NCBI GenBank assembly: GCA_036867785.1
Contig: CP145414.1
Span: forward strand, 124,001-188,000
Length of the DNA stretch: 64,000 bases
Source of the DNA: Plasmodiophora brassicae
Lineage: Eukaryota
Direction of reading: 5' to 3'
Shown: in pieces, positions 35,472 to 47,200 of the stretch
How positions within the stretch are numbered: the first letter of the stretch is position 1
How the letters are laid out: each line of letters begins with the position of its first letter
Translations under genes and position numbers: made by a program
Notes under the pieces: generated by a model
Seen by the model: only the letters and a program-made list of their open reading frames with translations
What the model was told of the DNA's origin: nothing
The model's database searches: none

Positions 35472-35957
35472 ATGGCTTCGTTCTGGTCGGCCACGGTACT
35501 GGCAGCGGGGGGCGGCGGCGACGTCCCGTGGCCACAGGCGGTCAGCTGGGTCACAGCCGGGCTATACGGCATGTCGCTGGCCGCCCTGCTCGTCCATGTG
35601 TCAGCCTGGGCGGCCTACTTCGCCGCCTCACGTTCCATGACGATCGCCTGGTGGTTCGCGATCCACGCCGCCGCGGTCTGCCTCGTCGTGATCGGCGTCG
35701 GCCCGGTCGCCCTGCCCATCGTCGCCTGCGTCCTCCTGGTCGGCAGCATCGTATCGACCGCGACCTACAGCAAGGCGTCCCGGTTCGCCTGGACCCACGA
35801 TGAACCGATCCGGGTCGGGCCCGCCGCGTACCCGCTGGAGATGTCCAACGCGCAGAAACGACTCCTGGGCGCCTCGATCGCCGTCTGCGTCCTGTCCCTG
35901 CTCCTGGCGTACGCGGTGCCTGTGGCACTGCTGCTTGCCGTTGGCACGCGTCGATGA
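35472..35957 (+). CDS. Small multipass membrane protein of unknown function, 161 aa
   Basis: ATG at 35472, about four hydrophobic segments and typical codon bias. Confidence 0.6.
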   Translation: MASFWSATVLAAGGGGDVPWPQAVSWVTAGLYGMSLAALLVHVSAWAAYFAASRSMTIAWWFAIHAAAVCLVVIGVGPVALPIVACVLLVGSIVSTATYSKASRFAWTHDEPIRVGPAAYPLEMSNAQKRLLGASIAVCVLSLLLAYAVPVALLLAVGTRR

Positions 35958-36011
35958 GCCGTCACGTATCGCCTGGCACAATACATCGGCAGCAGCGTTT
36001 AGAAGGTCCTC

Positions 36012-36408
36012 CTATGGCCTCTCGCCAGGCGTCAGCGCTTCGACAGTGATGCCGTGCATCTCCTCCATCCACGGCTTGACCTGGTTGTTGACCAGACGAT
36101 TGCGCTGCAGGGCGCTCAGGCCGGCGAACTTGTCGGACACGATCCGGATGTGGAAGAACGTGCCTACAGAGCGAACAGGTGTGCACATATCAGAAGACGA
36201 CAGGTCGGGACGCGCGGCCAGCCCGACCGCATCCGCCCGATCGGTCAACCAGCTCGAGGTCGCTGGGCGACAGGGCGACCCGGAGGCTATCGGCGATCTT
36301 CTCCTCGAGGTTCTCCGTGATCTGCACCTGGCCCCTGCCGCCGTCGCCGGCAGCGGTGCGCACGCCGCCCACGCGACGCCGCCATCGCAAGAGCGCCCGC
36401 GGGAACAT
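36012..36408 (-). CDS. BolA-family protein (BolA3-like), probable mitochondrial presequence; intron 36164-36227
   Basis: Arg-rich leader; DRSGGC|GTFFHIRIVSDKFAGLSALQRNRLVN...MHGITV. Confidence 0.9.
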
Positions 36409-36783
36409 GGTCAGCACCAGCGGCACCTCCGGTGTACGATTGGTCGAGTCCGCAACGGACGTCGGCTCGCCGCCCGTTCGCAGATGAACCGCGGCAACCG
36501 ATCCCGGTCCAGGCCATGCGGCGACGGCTCAGGGGGAACGTCACTGGCGCCGGGGTGCCGCTCTGCTCTGCCCAGGGCGCTACCTATTAGTTATTACCTA
36601 CTCAATAATATTAGGGCAGCCCCCTATGTAACGGGCTGGGTTGTCCTGAGGTCTTCCCAGCAACTTAACCTCTCGCCCCGCATGGCACGAGACGGTGCCA
36701 GTCACGAACAACCCGGCTTTGCATACAGGTCGCGTATTAACGCTGCGATGAGGTGGCGGTGGCTCCCAAGTTCATTTTCTACG

Positions 36784-37863
36784 TTAAACGGCACCGAGCC
36801 GATCAGGGCGCGTTCGCCGGGTCAGGCTGTGCGCCGAGGGGCACCAGTTCCTGACGATAGCGACGACGATGCCGATGACGATGACGGCGACCGGGATGAT
36901 CCAGAGGAACTCGAGGGCGTTGTCGTGGCGCCACGGCGTGATCTTGAAACCGACGCCCAGAGCGACGTCGTCGGCGGCGACACGGAACAGACAATGATCC
37001 GATCCGATGATCAGGTCGCCGGTTCGCACGTCAACGGCCAGGGTGAAGTGCTTCGGTGCGGTCGGCACGTGGACCGTGTTCAGAAGCGATAGCGTCGACC
37101 GGTCCCAGACGGTGACCGTCGACGACACGTTCGAGTCGTGCCCGACGTAGATCAGGTCGCGCTCGCCGTCGATTGCAAGGGCGACGGCAGGTTCGCCGGG
37201 TAGCGAAACGGGATGGTACTGCCTGCTGTTGACGTCAGCAACCAGGAGGAGGTTGTCGGCGCACGGCCCGGTGACGTAGACGGTGTCGTGTCGGTCCACG
37301 ACAAGGCTCGGGCGGCAATCCGGCGACGACGACGACAACGGCAACTGGAGCAACGTGCGCGTTCCGCTGGCGGTGGACGCGACGAGCGTGGCATCGTGCA
37401 GGACCATGTAGACGGTGCCGTCGTCGCCGATCGCCATGCCGGTAGGGTCAATGGCCATGCTGGCGCCGTACGGTGACGTCGTCCCGGGCGTGTCGGCGTT
37501 AACCGCGAACAGGGCAGCGCCCGTGCCGTTGGCGTCGATCGCGACGCCGACAATGGAGCGGCCAGCGGGGTCGAAGGCGATCATCGAGGCGGGTACGGGG
37601 GCCGTCATCGTACCGACGGCGCCCGTCCCCGGCGACACTCGACGCAACGACGCGGATCCATCGGCGGCGTACACGTCGCCTGACGCTGGGTCGACCGTCA
37701 GGGACAGGATCGATCCAAAGCGGTCGTCACCGGTGCGGTTCGGAGCGCACGCCGTTCCCGGCACGACGGGCGCCATCGACACGGGCGCGCCGTGCCCGAC
37801 GCACGATCCCAGCAGGACGACGGCGGCCCAGCCTAGGCGTACCCTGCCGCTGGTGCCAATCAT
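36784..37863 (-). CDS. Type I membrane protein with NHL/YVTN-like beta-propeller ectodomain, 359 aa
   Basis: Signal peptide; repeats LTVDPASGDVYAAD, IAFDPAGR, PTGMAIGDDGTVYMV and VALAIDGERDLIYVG; single C-terminal TM. Confidence 0.8.
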   Translation of the reverse strand: MIGTSGRVRLGWAAVVLLGSCVGHGAPVSMAPVVPGTACAPNRTGDDRFGSILSLTVDPASGDVYAADGSASLRRVSPGTGAVGTMTAPVPASMIAFDPAGRSIVGVAIDANGTGAALFAVNADTPGTTSPYGASMAIDPTGMAIGDDGTVYMVLHDATLVASTASGTRTLLQLPLSSSSPDCRPSLVVDRHDTVYVTGPCADNLLLVADVNSRQYHPVSLPGEPAVALAIDGERDLIYVGHDSNVSSTVTVWDRSTLSLLNTVHVPTAPKHFTLAVDVRTGDLIIGSDHCLFRVAADDVALGVGFKITPWRHDNALEFLWIIPVAVIVIGIVVAIVRNWCPSAHSLTRRTRPDRLGAV

Positions 37864-38251
37864 CAGTCGTGCGAACCTGGGATGGGCGGGCGCGTGCCAC
37901 CATTAGATTAGATTCCCTGCGGCGGCGTCGAGCAAGCCCAGGGCGTCAACCGGGCCGGGCACATCGGTTGACCTGCACCGGATGCGATCACCGTTAACGC
38001 TCAGGAGGCCTGGCAGGAGCGCATGCGTTCACCCAGCATTGTTGGCATCTGGCGCGCGCAGCCTGGGCGTACGTGTGCGGATCCCCAGACGCTTGCGGCG
38101 GCCCTGGTACGCGGGCGCTTCCCGCGCTCGATGTAACATGAACGCTTAGGGCTGCCTGCCCGATGTCGGGCGGCAGGCAGGCCGCGCGCGCTGACCGTCT
38201 GACGTCCGGCCAGCGGCAGCAGGCAGCCATACACACAACGGGGCCACGACT

Positions 38252-41200
38252 ATGGCGTCGCCTGCCGATGCTGGCGCCGCTGGCCGCCCACGCTGCTGCT
38301 TGCGGCGGCTGCTGCCGCTCCTGCTTGTATACTACGTGATGTTGATGGGGGCGCAGGCCGCGGCGCCCAAGCCGAAGCCGACGCCGGCCCCGACACCGGC
38401 GCCGACACCTGCGCCGACACCGGTGCCCGCGCCGACCCCGAGCCCCTACGATTGCACAACGCACTGCGACACGCTGACGTCGGACGGCGCCTTCAACTCG
38501 TACTGCAGCACGACGGCGACCGGGTACGTGGTCGGCGGCAAGAGCGGGCAGACGGTGCCGTACAACGGCGTCAGCTTCCCGTGGAACCCCTGCTCCGTCG
38601 AGCGGTACGCCGCCTGCACGTGCGGCGCCTACTGCCAGGTGTTCGGCGACTGCTGCCCCACGTTCTACAGCGAGTGCCTGTACCCGTCGCTGTCGACCTG
38701 GCAGCCGAACGTCGGCCTGGCGACGAGCGGCCAGCAGACGGTCGTCGTCACCGGCAAGTACCTGACGATCTACCTGCCGAACGGGACGACGGTCGCGCCC
38801 GTCTTCGCCTGCAACGGCCAGCGGCTGACCGGGGCGGTGCGCACGGCCACGACGCCGTTCAACTCGTACGCGACGTACCCGAACGCGCCGACCGGGCCGC
38901 CCGGCCTCGTCGAGATGAGCGGCCTGGAGACGTGGCAGCTGACGATGCCGGCGACGGCGGGCGGGTCGTCCGTGTCCTGCTCGGTGACGAACCCGTTCGT
39001 GGCGGCGAAACCCGCCCTGCAGACCGTGTCGTACGCGGCGCCGGTCATCACGTCGACCGTGCCGGCGCTGATGCCGACGGCCCCGGCCAGCGTCGTCGTC
39101 AACGGCCAGTACTTTGGCACGTCGCCCTCCGCCAGCATCAACGGCGTGCCGGTGACGCCGACCGCATCGGGCGACGCGCAGCTGACGCTGGCGTGGCCGG
39201 GCGGGACGGGCGTCCAGATCCCGATCACGGTGCGGGCCGCCGACCAGTCCAACACGTTCTACGTCAGCTGCGCGCCGCCGACCGTCACGGGCGTGTCGCC
39301 GGCGCACGGGCCCACCGACGGCGGCGGCACCGTCGTCGTCACCGGCACGAACCTCGGCAGCGATCCGGCGCTGATCAGCGTCCAGTTCGGCGCGTACGGC
39401 GCCTGCACGAACCTGCAGGTCGTGTCGGCGCACACGGCCGTGTCGTGCGCCGTGCCGCCGGGCCTGTCCCTGCAGACGATCACGGTGACGGTCGGCGGGC
39501 AGACGTCGACGTCGGGCGGCGCCGGCGTCACCTACCAGTACGACGCGCCGACCGTCGCCCGGGTCGTATCGGTGGCCACCGGCCTGACGACGCTGCCGAC
39601 GGTCGGCGGCCTGATCCAGGTGACGGGCACGAACTTCGGGCCGGGCGGCGCGGCGCCGCAGGTCCTCGTTCAGTTCGGGGCGCAGGCCTGCACGAACGTG
39701 ACGGTGACGGCGCCCAACACGGTCCTGCAGTGCACGATCGGCCCGTTCGAGGGGACCGCCTCGCTCGTCGTCCAGGTCGCCATGCTGTCGAGCGCGGCGT
39801 TCACCGTGGCGGCGACGGCGCCGACCGTGACGAGCGTGTCGCCCAGCGCGGGCCTGTCGACGGCGCCCGGCAACGCCACGCTGACCGTGCTGGGCGCCAA
39901 CTTTGGCCTGACCGGCGCCGTCTACCTGACGCAGACGCTCGGGCAGGCGGGCGTGCCGTGCGCGTCCACCCGCCCCCTGCCCTGGTCGCCGACCCACGAC
40001 CAGGTGCGGTGCACGTCGCCCGGCGCCCAGGGCACCGCCTGGATCGTGTACGTGGCCACGGTCGGCGGCGCCACGTCCAACCAGGACCGGACCGTGTCGT
40101 TCGCGGCGCCCGTCCTGACGGCGGTGGCCCCGACGACGTCGCCGACCGAGGGCGGCGCCGTCGTCGTCCTGACCGGGTCGGCGCTGGGCACGACGGGCAC
40201 CGCCCTGGTCGGCGCGACGCCCTGCACGGCCACGACGTTCGCCCAGACGACGGGGACCTGCACGACGCCGCCGCTGGTGCTGCCGGGGCCGTCGACGTCG
40301 CTGGGCGTGTCGGTGCGCGAGACGGCCCCGTTCGCGTACAGGGCGTCGACGCTGGCGAACGCGCTGTCCTACCTGGGCCCGTCGGTGCTGTCCGTGTCGC
40401 CGGCGGCGATCGCGACCGGCAGCGCCAACCAGGTCGTCACGATCCGCGGGTCCAGCTTTGGCAACCTGCCCGGCACGGTCTACTTCGCCGGGTCGCACGC
40501 CTACTGCCAGCTGGGCGGCTGGTCGCACACGGTCATCACCTGCACGACGCCGCCCATCAACGGCACCGACGCCGCCTTCGTCGTCACGTCCTACGACGGC
40601 AAGGCGGTGTCGGCGCCCAACGCGCTGACGCTGGCGGCGCCGTCGATCACGGCCGTGTCCAGCGCGCCCTCGCCCATGCCGACGACGACGGGGACGGGGA
40701 CGCGCGTCACCATCCAGGGCGCCAGCTTCGGGTCGGCCGGCAACGTGTCCATCGGGGGGCAGGCCTGCGCCCCGATCGTCTCCTGGGCGCACACGCAGGT
40801 CGTCTGCCAGCCGGCGTCGGGCGCCGGCGCCAACCTCGACCTGGTCGTCTGGCGCACGTCGACGCGGCCGCCGGCCCTCGTCCGCCTGTCCAACGCGATC
40901 GGGTACGCCGCCCCGGGCATCGTGGCGGTCGTCGGCACCGGCGGCGCGCCCGCCGCCTGCGACACGGCCGGCACCGCCGTCCTCACCGTCCAGGGCACGA
41001 ACCTGGGCGTGTCCGGGGCGACGCCCGTCCAGGTCAACGTCGGGTCGAACGCGTCCCTGCTGCTGCCGGCCAGCTGGGTCGGCGCCGCCCAGGTCGCGTT
41101 CACCTGCCCGCCCGGGTACCTGGACACGCAGGTCGCCCTGGTCGTCGCCGGGCAGTGGTCGCCGGCCGTCCCCCTGGCGTACCAGGCGCCGACGGTGGCG

Positions 41201-44200
41201 GCCGCGTCCCCGACCCTGCTCAACACGACGGGCGGCACACGGCTCCTGCTGACCGGGACGAACTTTGGGACGGCGGCGGCCACCGTTGCCGTCGCCGTCG
41301 GGTCGGCGCCCTGCTCCCCGATCGTGGCGCGCACGCAGACGACGCTGACGTGTGTGGCGCCGGCCGGGTCGGGCGCCGCCGTCCCCGTCATCGTCACCGT
41401 GGGGACGCGCTCGTCCGACGGCCGGTTCACCGTCGGGTACCTGGGCCCGTCGATCGCGTCGATCGCGCCGACGCCCGGCCTCGGGTTCCCGACGACGGGC
41501 GGCGTCCCGGTGACGGTGGTCGGCGCCAACTTTGGCGCGTCCGCCCAGGTCCAGGTGGCGTCGGCGCCCTGCCCGGCGCTGACGTCGCCGGCCCCGACCT
41601 CGACCCGGATCGTCTGCACGCTGCCGCCCGGGCAGGGCGCCCAGGTCCAGGTGTCCGTCTCGACCGGGTCGCAGACCAGCCCCGCCTACCTGTTCGCGTA
41701 CGACGCGCCCGTCGTCCACGCCGCCTACACGGGGCCGGCGCAGGCGAACTCGACCGCCGGCGGGTACGCGCTCACGATCGCCGGCGCCAACTTTGGGGCG
41801 GCGGGCCTGGCCGCCGCCGCCATCGCCGGCGCCGCCTGCCCGACGCAGACGGGCGGCCAGACGCGCCTGCTCTGCACGGTGCCCGCCGGCCAGGGCGCGT
41901 CCCTGCCCGTCGTCGTGACCGTCGCCGGTCAGACGTCGAACGTCAACGTCCTGTTCTCGTACGCCGCGCCCGTCATCCAGTCCGTCCTGGTCAACGGCGT
42001 CGCCGGCGCGCCCGTCCCGACGCAGGGGAACGCGCGCCTGACCCTGCTGGGCACGTCATTCGGCACGGCGTCGACGGTGACGTTCAACGGCGCGCCCTGC
42101 ACGCTCTGGCCGGGCACGCAGCAGCACACGACGGTGCAGTGTGTGCCGGGGGCCGGCGTCGGCGCCGCCCTGCCCCTGACGCTGACGGCCGGGACGCAGT
42201 CGGCCACGACGCTCCTGTCGTACCAGGCGCCGACGGTCGCCTCGGTGTCGCCGCCGACCGGCCCCACCCAGGGCGGCACGCTGCTGACGATCACGGGCGC
42301 CGACTTTGGCCCCGCCGGCGTCGTCCTCGTCGGCGGGCAGACGTGCGCGCCCGCCGGCACCGGCCAGCAGTGGACCTCGATCGAGTGCCTGACGCCGGCC
42401 GGCGTCGGCGCCGCCCTGTCCGTCGTCGTGGTCGCCGGCGGCGTCCCGTCGTCGCCGGGCGCCCCGTTCTCGTACGGCGCCCCGGCGATCCAGGTGCCGC
42501 TGCTGACCGGGCCGCCCTTCACCGAGGCGACGCCCGGCAACCTGCTGTCGTTCGCCGGCGTCAACTTTGGCGACCCGGCGACGCCGCTGACGGTGACGAT
42601 CGGCGGGCGGGCCTGCCCCGTCGTGGCGCACACGCACACGCGCGTCAACTGTTCGGTGCCGACCGGGGCGGGCGCCGCCCTGCCCCTGCAGGTCCGCGTC
42701 GGCAACCAGGCGTCGCCGGTCGTCCCCTTCTCGTACGCCGCCCCGGTCGTCGCCCGCGTCCGCGGCTGCCCGGTGACGTCGGGGGCGGCCACCGCTGACT
42801 GCCCGGTGGCGGGCGGCACCACCATCACCGTCTACGGCAGCAACTTTGGGCCGGGGGCCACCGTCACCGTCGCCGGCCTGCCCTGCACGCCCGTCGCCTA
42901 CGCCTGGCCGGGCGCGCCGTCCACTGCCGCCAACCAGACGCTGTCCTGCCCGCTGGCGGCGACGCCGGCCGGCGGGTTCGGCGTCGACCTCGTCGTCAAC
43001 GTGAGCGGCCAGGTCGGCACGGCGCCCGCCCTGCTGTCGTTCGCCGGCCCCGCCCTCGTCCCCGGCACGCTCGTGTTGACGGACGCGCAGGGCCACCGGG
43101 TGGGCGATGCGCGCGCCCCGCCCGGCCCGTCGAAGGCCAACTGGACGACCGTGTCGCCGCCCGTCGTCCTCGCCCGGTTCAATTGCACGCACGCGTCCGC
43201 CCGGCCGCTGTCGGCGACGTTCGGCCCGGCCGCTGACCCGTCCCTGTTCGCCTGTGCGGCCACGAACGCGACCACGTCGGGCGCCGTCACCACCGTGTCC
43301 TGCCTGCTGCCCAGCGCGGTCGGTGCCGCCCTGCGCTTCGTCGTCCGCGCCGGCCTGCAGACGTCGCTGCCGGGCGCCGACACGCTGGCGTACCCGGCGC
43401 CCGTCCTGGTCAACGCGTCGCTGGGCCTGGGCGGCGGCGGCCCGCGCGGCAACGCCCTCCAGTCGGCGCAGACGTCCGGCGACGTGGTCGCGTTCCAGGC
43501 GCGGTTCGCCGGCGCGTCCGCCGCCCTGCTGCGCGTGACGCTGGGCGCGCCCGGCACCAACTACACGGACTACGCGTGCCTGTCGGTGCGGGCCGTGCTG
43601 GCCGCCCCCGACCTCTTGAACGTGACCTGCCGGACGCCGTCGGGCACGGGCGCCAGCATCGCCGACCTGCGCTTCGTGCTCTGGGCCCTGGACCAGGCGT
43701 CGCCGCCGAGCCCCTTCACGTACTCGTACCCGGTGCCGCCCGTCGTCTACGGCGTGGCCGGGTGCCCGGCGGCGCCCACGCCCAACTCGACGGCCAGCTG
43801 CGACACGGAGGGCGCCAACGTCCTCACCGTGTACGGCGACCACTTTGCCGCCGCCGACAGCGTCCTCGTGTCGTCGTTCGCCTGCGTCATGGCCACGTTC
43901 GTGTCGACGCAGCAGTTCACGTGCGCGTTGGCGCCCGGCGCCGGCCTCCTGCTCAACGTCGTCGTCCAGGCCGGCCTGCTCTACAGCAAGGCGGCCCCGC
44001 TCGTCTCGTACGCCGCCCCGGTCGTCGACGCCGTCGCCGGGTGCGTCCAGTCGTCGTCGTCGTCGTCGTCGTCGCTGTCGCCCTCGTCGACCTACAACTG
44101 CAGCCGGGCGGGCGGCGACCGCATCACGATCCTGGGCCGGTACATGGTGGCGCCGGCCACCGTCTACGTCGGCGGCCAGCTCTGCACGGGCGTCGTGCAC

Positions 44201-47200
44201 AGCGAGGCGCGCCCGCAGCGCAACCTGTCGTGCACGGTGCCGCCGGGCGCCGGCCTCGACCACTCGATCATGGTCGTGCAGGCCGGCGGCACCGTCGGCG
44301 TCGCCGCCGGCAACGTCACGCTGTCGTACCTGCCGTGCGCGCCCGGCACCTACGTCCAGGGGCGCGCCTGCTCGCCCTGCGCCCCGGGGACGTCGTCGGC
44401 GACGTCCAACGCCCTGGTCTGCGACGCCTGCCCGCCCGGGTCGGTGGCGTCGTCCGCCGGCCGGTCGTCGTGCGCGGCCTGCGCCCCGGGCACGTACAGC
44501 AACGCGAACGCGACGTCGTGCGTGCCGTGCGCGTCGGGCACCGCCTCGCAGGCCACGGGCGCGACGTCGTGTGCGCCCTGCGCCGCCGGTCTGTACGCGC
44601 CGGTGCCGGGCGCCACGACCTGCCAGCAGTGCCCGGCCGGGTCCGTCCCGCTCCTGCCGGCGTCGACGTCGTGCGGGCCGTGCGCGCCGGGCACGTACTC
44701 GCCGGTGGCCGGCCAGGCGACGTGCCTGCCGGCGCCGGCGGGCACCTACGTGAACGGGACGGGCGGGGCGACGACGTACACGTCGTGCCGGCCGGGCACG
44801 TACCAGCCGCAGCAGCAGCAGACGTCGTGCGTCAGCGTCCCGGTCGGGTACGTGCAGCCGGCCGCCGGCCAGGCGTCGTACGTGCCGTGCCCGGACGGGC
44901 AGTTCGCCAACGCGACCGCCATGACGACGTGCCTGACGTGCCCGCCCGGCACCTACTCGATCGGGCCGGCGTCCGTCTGCACGCCGTGCCCGCCCGGATC
45001 GTTCGGCAACAGCGCGGGCATGAGCGCCTGCCTGGCGTGCCCGGCAGGAAGGTACGCCCCGCCGGCGCGTGCGCTCGCTCGCCAGCTGATCTCTCTCTCT
45101 CTCTGTGTGTGTATAGCTACACGACGCTGCCGGGGCAGACGTCGTGCCAGGCGTGCGCGCCCGGCACGCAGGCGTCGGGGCCGGGCCGGACGGCCTGTTC
45201 GCCCTGTTCCGCGGGCACGTACGCGTCGGCGCCCGGCACGATCGCCTGCGTGCAGTGCGACAGCGGCACGTTCATGCCGAACGCATCGGCGACAACCTGC
45301 GCGTCCTGCCCGGCGGGGACGGCCAGCGCGTCCAAGTCGACCGCGTGTGTCGCGTGCGGCCCGGGCCGGTACGCGTCCGGGCCGGGCAATGCGGCGTGCG
45401 CGCCGTGCCCGGCCGGCACGTTCGCCAACGCGACGTCCATGTCGCAGTGCCTGTCCTGCCCAGCGGTAACCACCGGGCGCCGCGGTCGGTGCGGTGCGGG
45501 CGCGCTGCTGACCATCCGCGCGCGCGCGTGCTGTACAGGGGACGTCGAGTGCGGCGGGCGCGTCGTCCTGCACGCCGTGCGCGCCGGGCAAGTACGCGGC
45601 GCACTCGGGCACCACCGACTGCCAGGCCTGCGACGCCGGGTTCGTGTCGGGGCGCGCGGGCGCCACCCAGTGCGCGCCCTGCCCGTCGAACGCGTGGAGC
45701 CCGAAGCAAGGTGCGGCGGTGGCGCGCCCGTCTCGTCCTTGTCGCAGGGTGGTCTAACGTGCGCGCGCGCCCACAGCGTCGACGTGCACGCCGTGCCCGG
45801 CGGGTCAGCAGGCGCTCGTCAACGGGTCGGCGACGTGCACGTCGTGCCCGGCGGGGTCGGCGTCGACCCGGAGCGGGACGGCCTGCGCGACCTGCCCGGC
45901 GGGCACCTACCAGAACGGGTCGACGCCGACGTCCTGCGCCGCCTGCCCCGACGGGTCGTACAGCGCGTTCCCCGGGTCGACCATCTGCGCCCTGTGCCCG
46001 GTCGGCCGGTACAGCAACGCGTCGGCCATGGGCGGCGCCCCGCTCGACCGGTGCCTGTCGTGCCCGCCCGGCAGCGTCCAGGCGCGCCCCGGCCAGGCCG
46101 CGTGCACGGCCTGCCCGGCGGGCTCGGCGCCGAACGCCGCCCCCGACGCCCCGGTCACCTGCGTGCCCTGCGCGCCGGGCACGTCCGCCCCCGTCGCCGG
46201 CCTGGCCGCGTGCGGGGCCTGCGCGCCCGGCACGACCTCGCTGACGTCGGGCGCGACGAAGTGCACGGCGTGCCCGGCCGGCAGCACGTCGCTGGCCGGG
46301 TCGTCGACCGGCTGCACGACCTGCCCGGTCGGCACGTTCTCGTCGGGGCCCGCCTCGCCGAACTGCACGTCGTGCGCGCCCGGCTCCTTCCAGGACGGGT
46401 CGACGTCGGCGCCGACGACCTGCCCGCCGTGCGCGCCCGGCCACGCCCAGCCCGGCGCCGGCCAGGCGACCTGCCCGGCGTGCGCGCCCGGCTCCTACGC
46501 CGACCGTCCCGGCCTGCTGTCCTGCGTGCCGTGCGCGCCCGGCAACTTCACGTCGAGCGCCGGGCAGTCGACGTGCCGGGCGTGCCCGGTCGGCACGTAC
46601 ACGGACTCGCCAGGGTCGCCCGCCTGCCTGCCCTGCGACCCGGGCTTCTACGTGGCGGGGGCCGGCGCCCAGGCCTGCCTGCCGTGCCCGTCCGGCCAGT
46701 ACCGGTCGGCGTCCATGTCGGACGCGGGCCGGTGCCGCCCCTGCCCGGTCGGGTCGGCCAGCGAGGCGCCCGGGCAGACGGCGTGCGCGTCCTGCGCGCC
46801 CGGCCGGTTCGCCAACGCCACCGGGCAGACGACGTGCACGGCCTGCCCGCCCGGCACGACGTCGTCGTCGCTGAGCCTCGACGGCCTCGGGTCGTCGTCC
46901 TGCGCCGCCTGCCCGGCGGGGCGGTTCGCGCCCGACGTGGCGCACCCGACCTGCGACCCGTGCCCGGCGGGCACCGCCCAGAACGGGACGGGGGCGGCGG
47001 CCTGCAACGCGTGCGGCCCCGGCACGCAGCAGCCGTCGACCGGCCAGACGCAGTGCCTGCCCTGCCCGCCCGGGTTCTACTCGTCGCAGGCCAGGAACGC
47101 CGAGTGCGTCCCCTGCCCGCTCGGCACGTTCGCCAGCGGGTACGGCGCGACGGCCTGCGCGCCCTGCCCCGCCGGCCAGTTCCAGGACACGCGCGGCCAG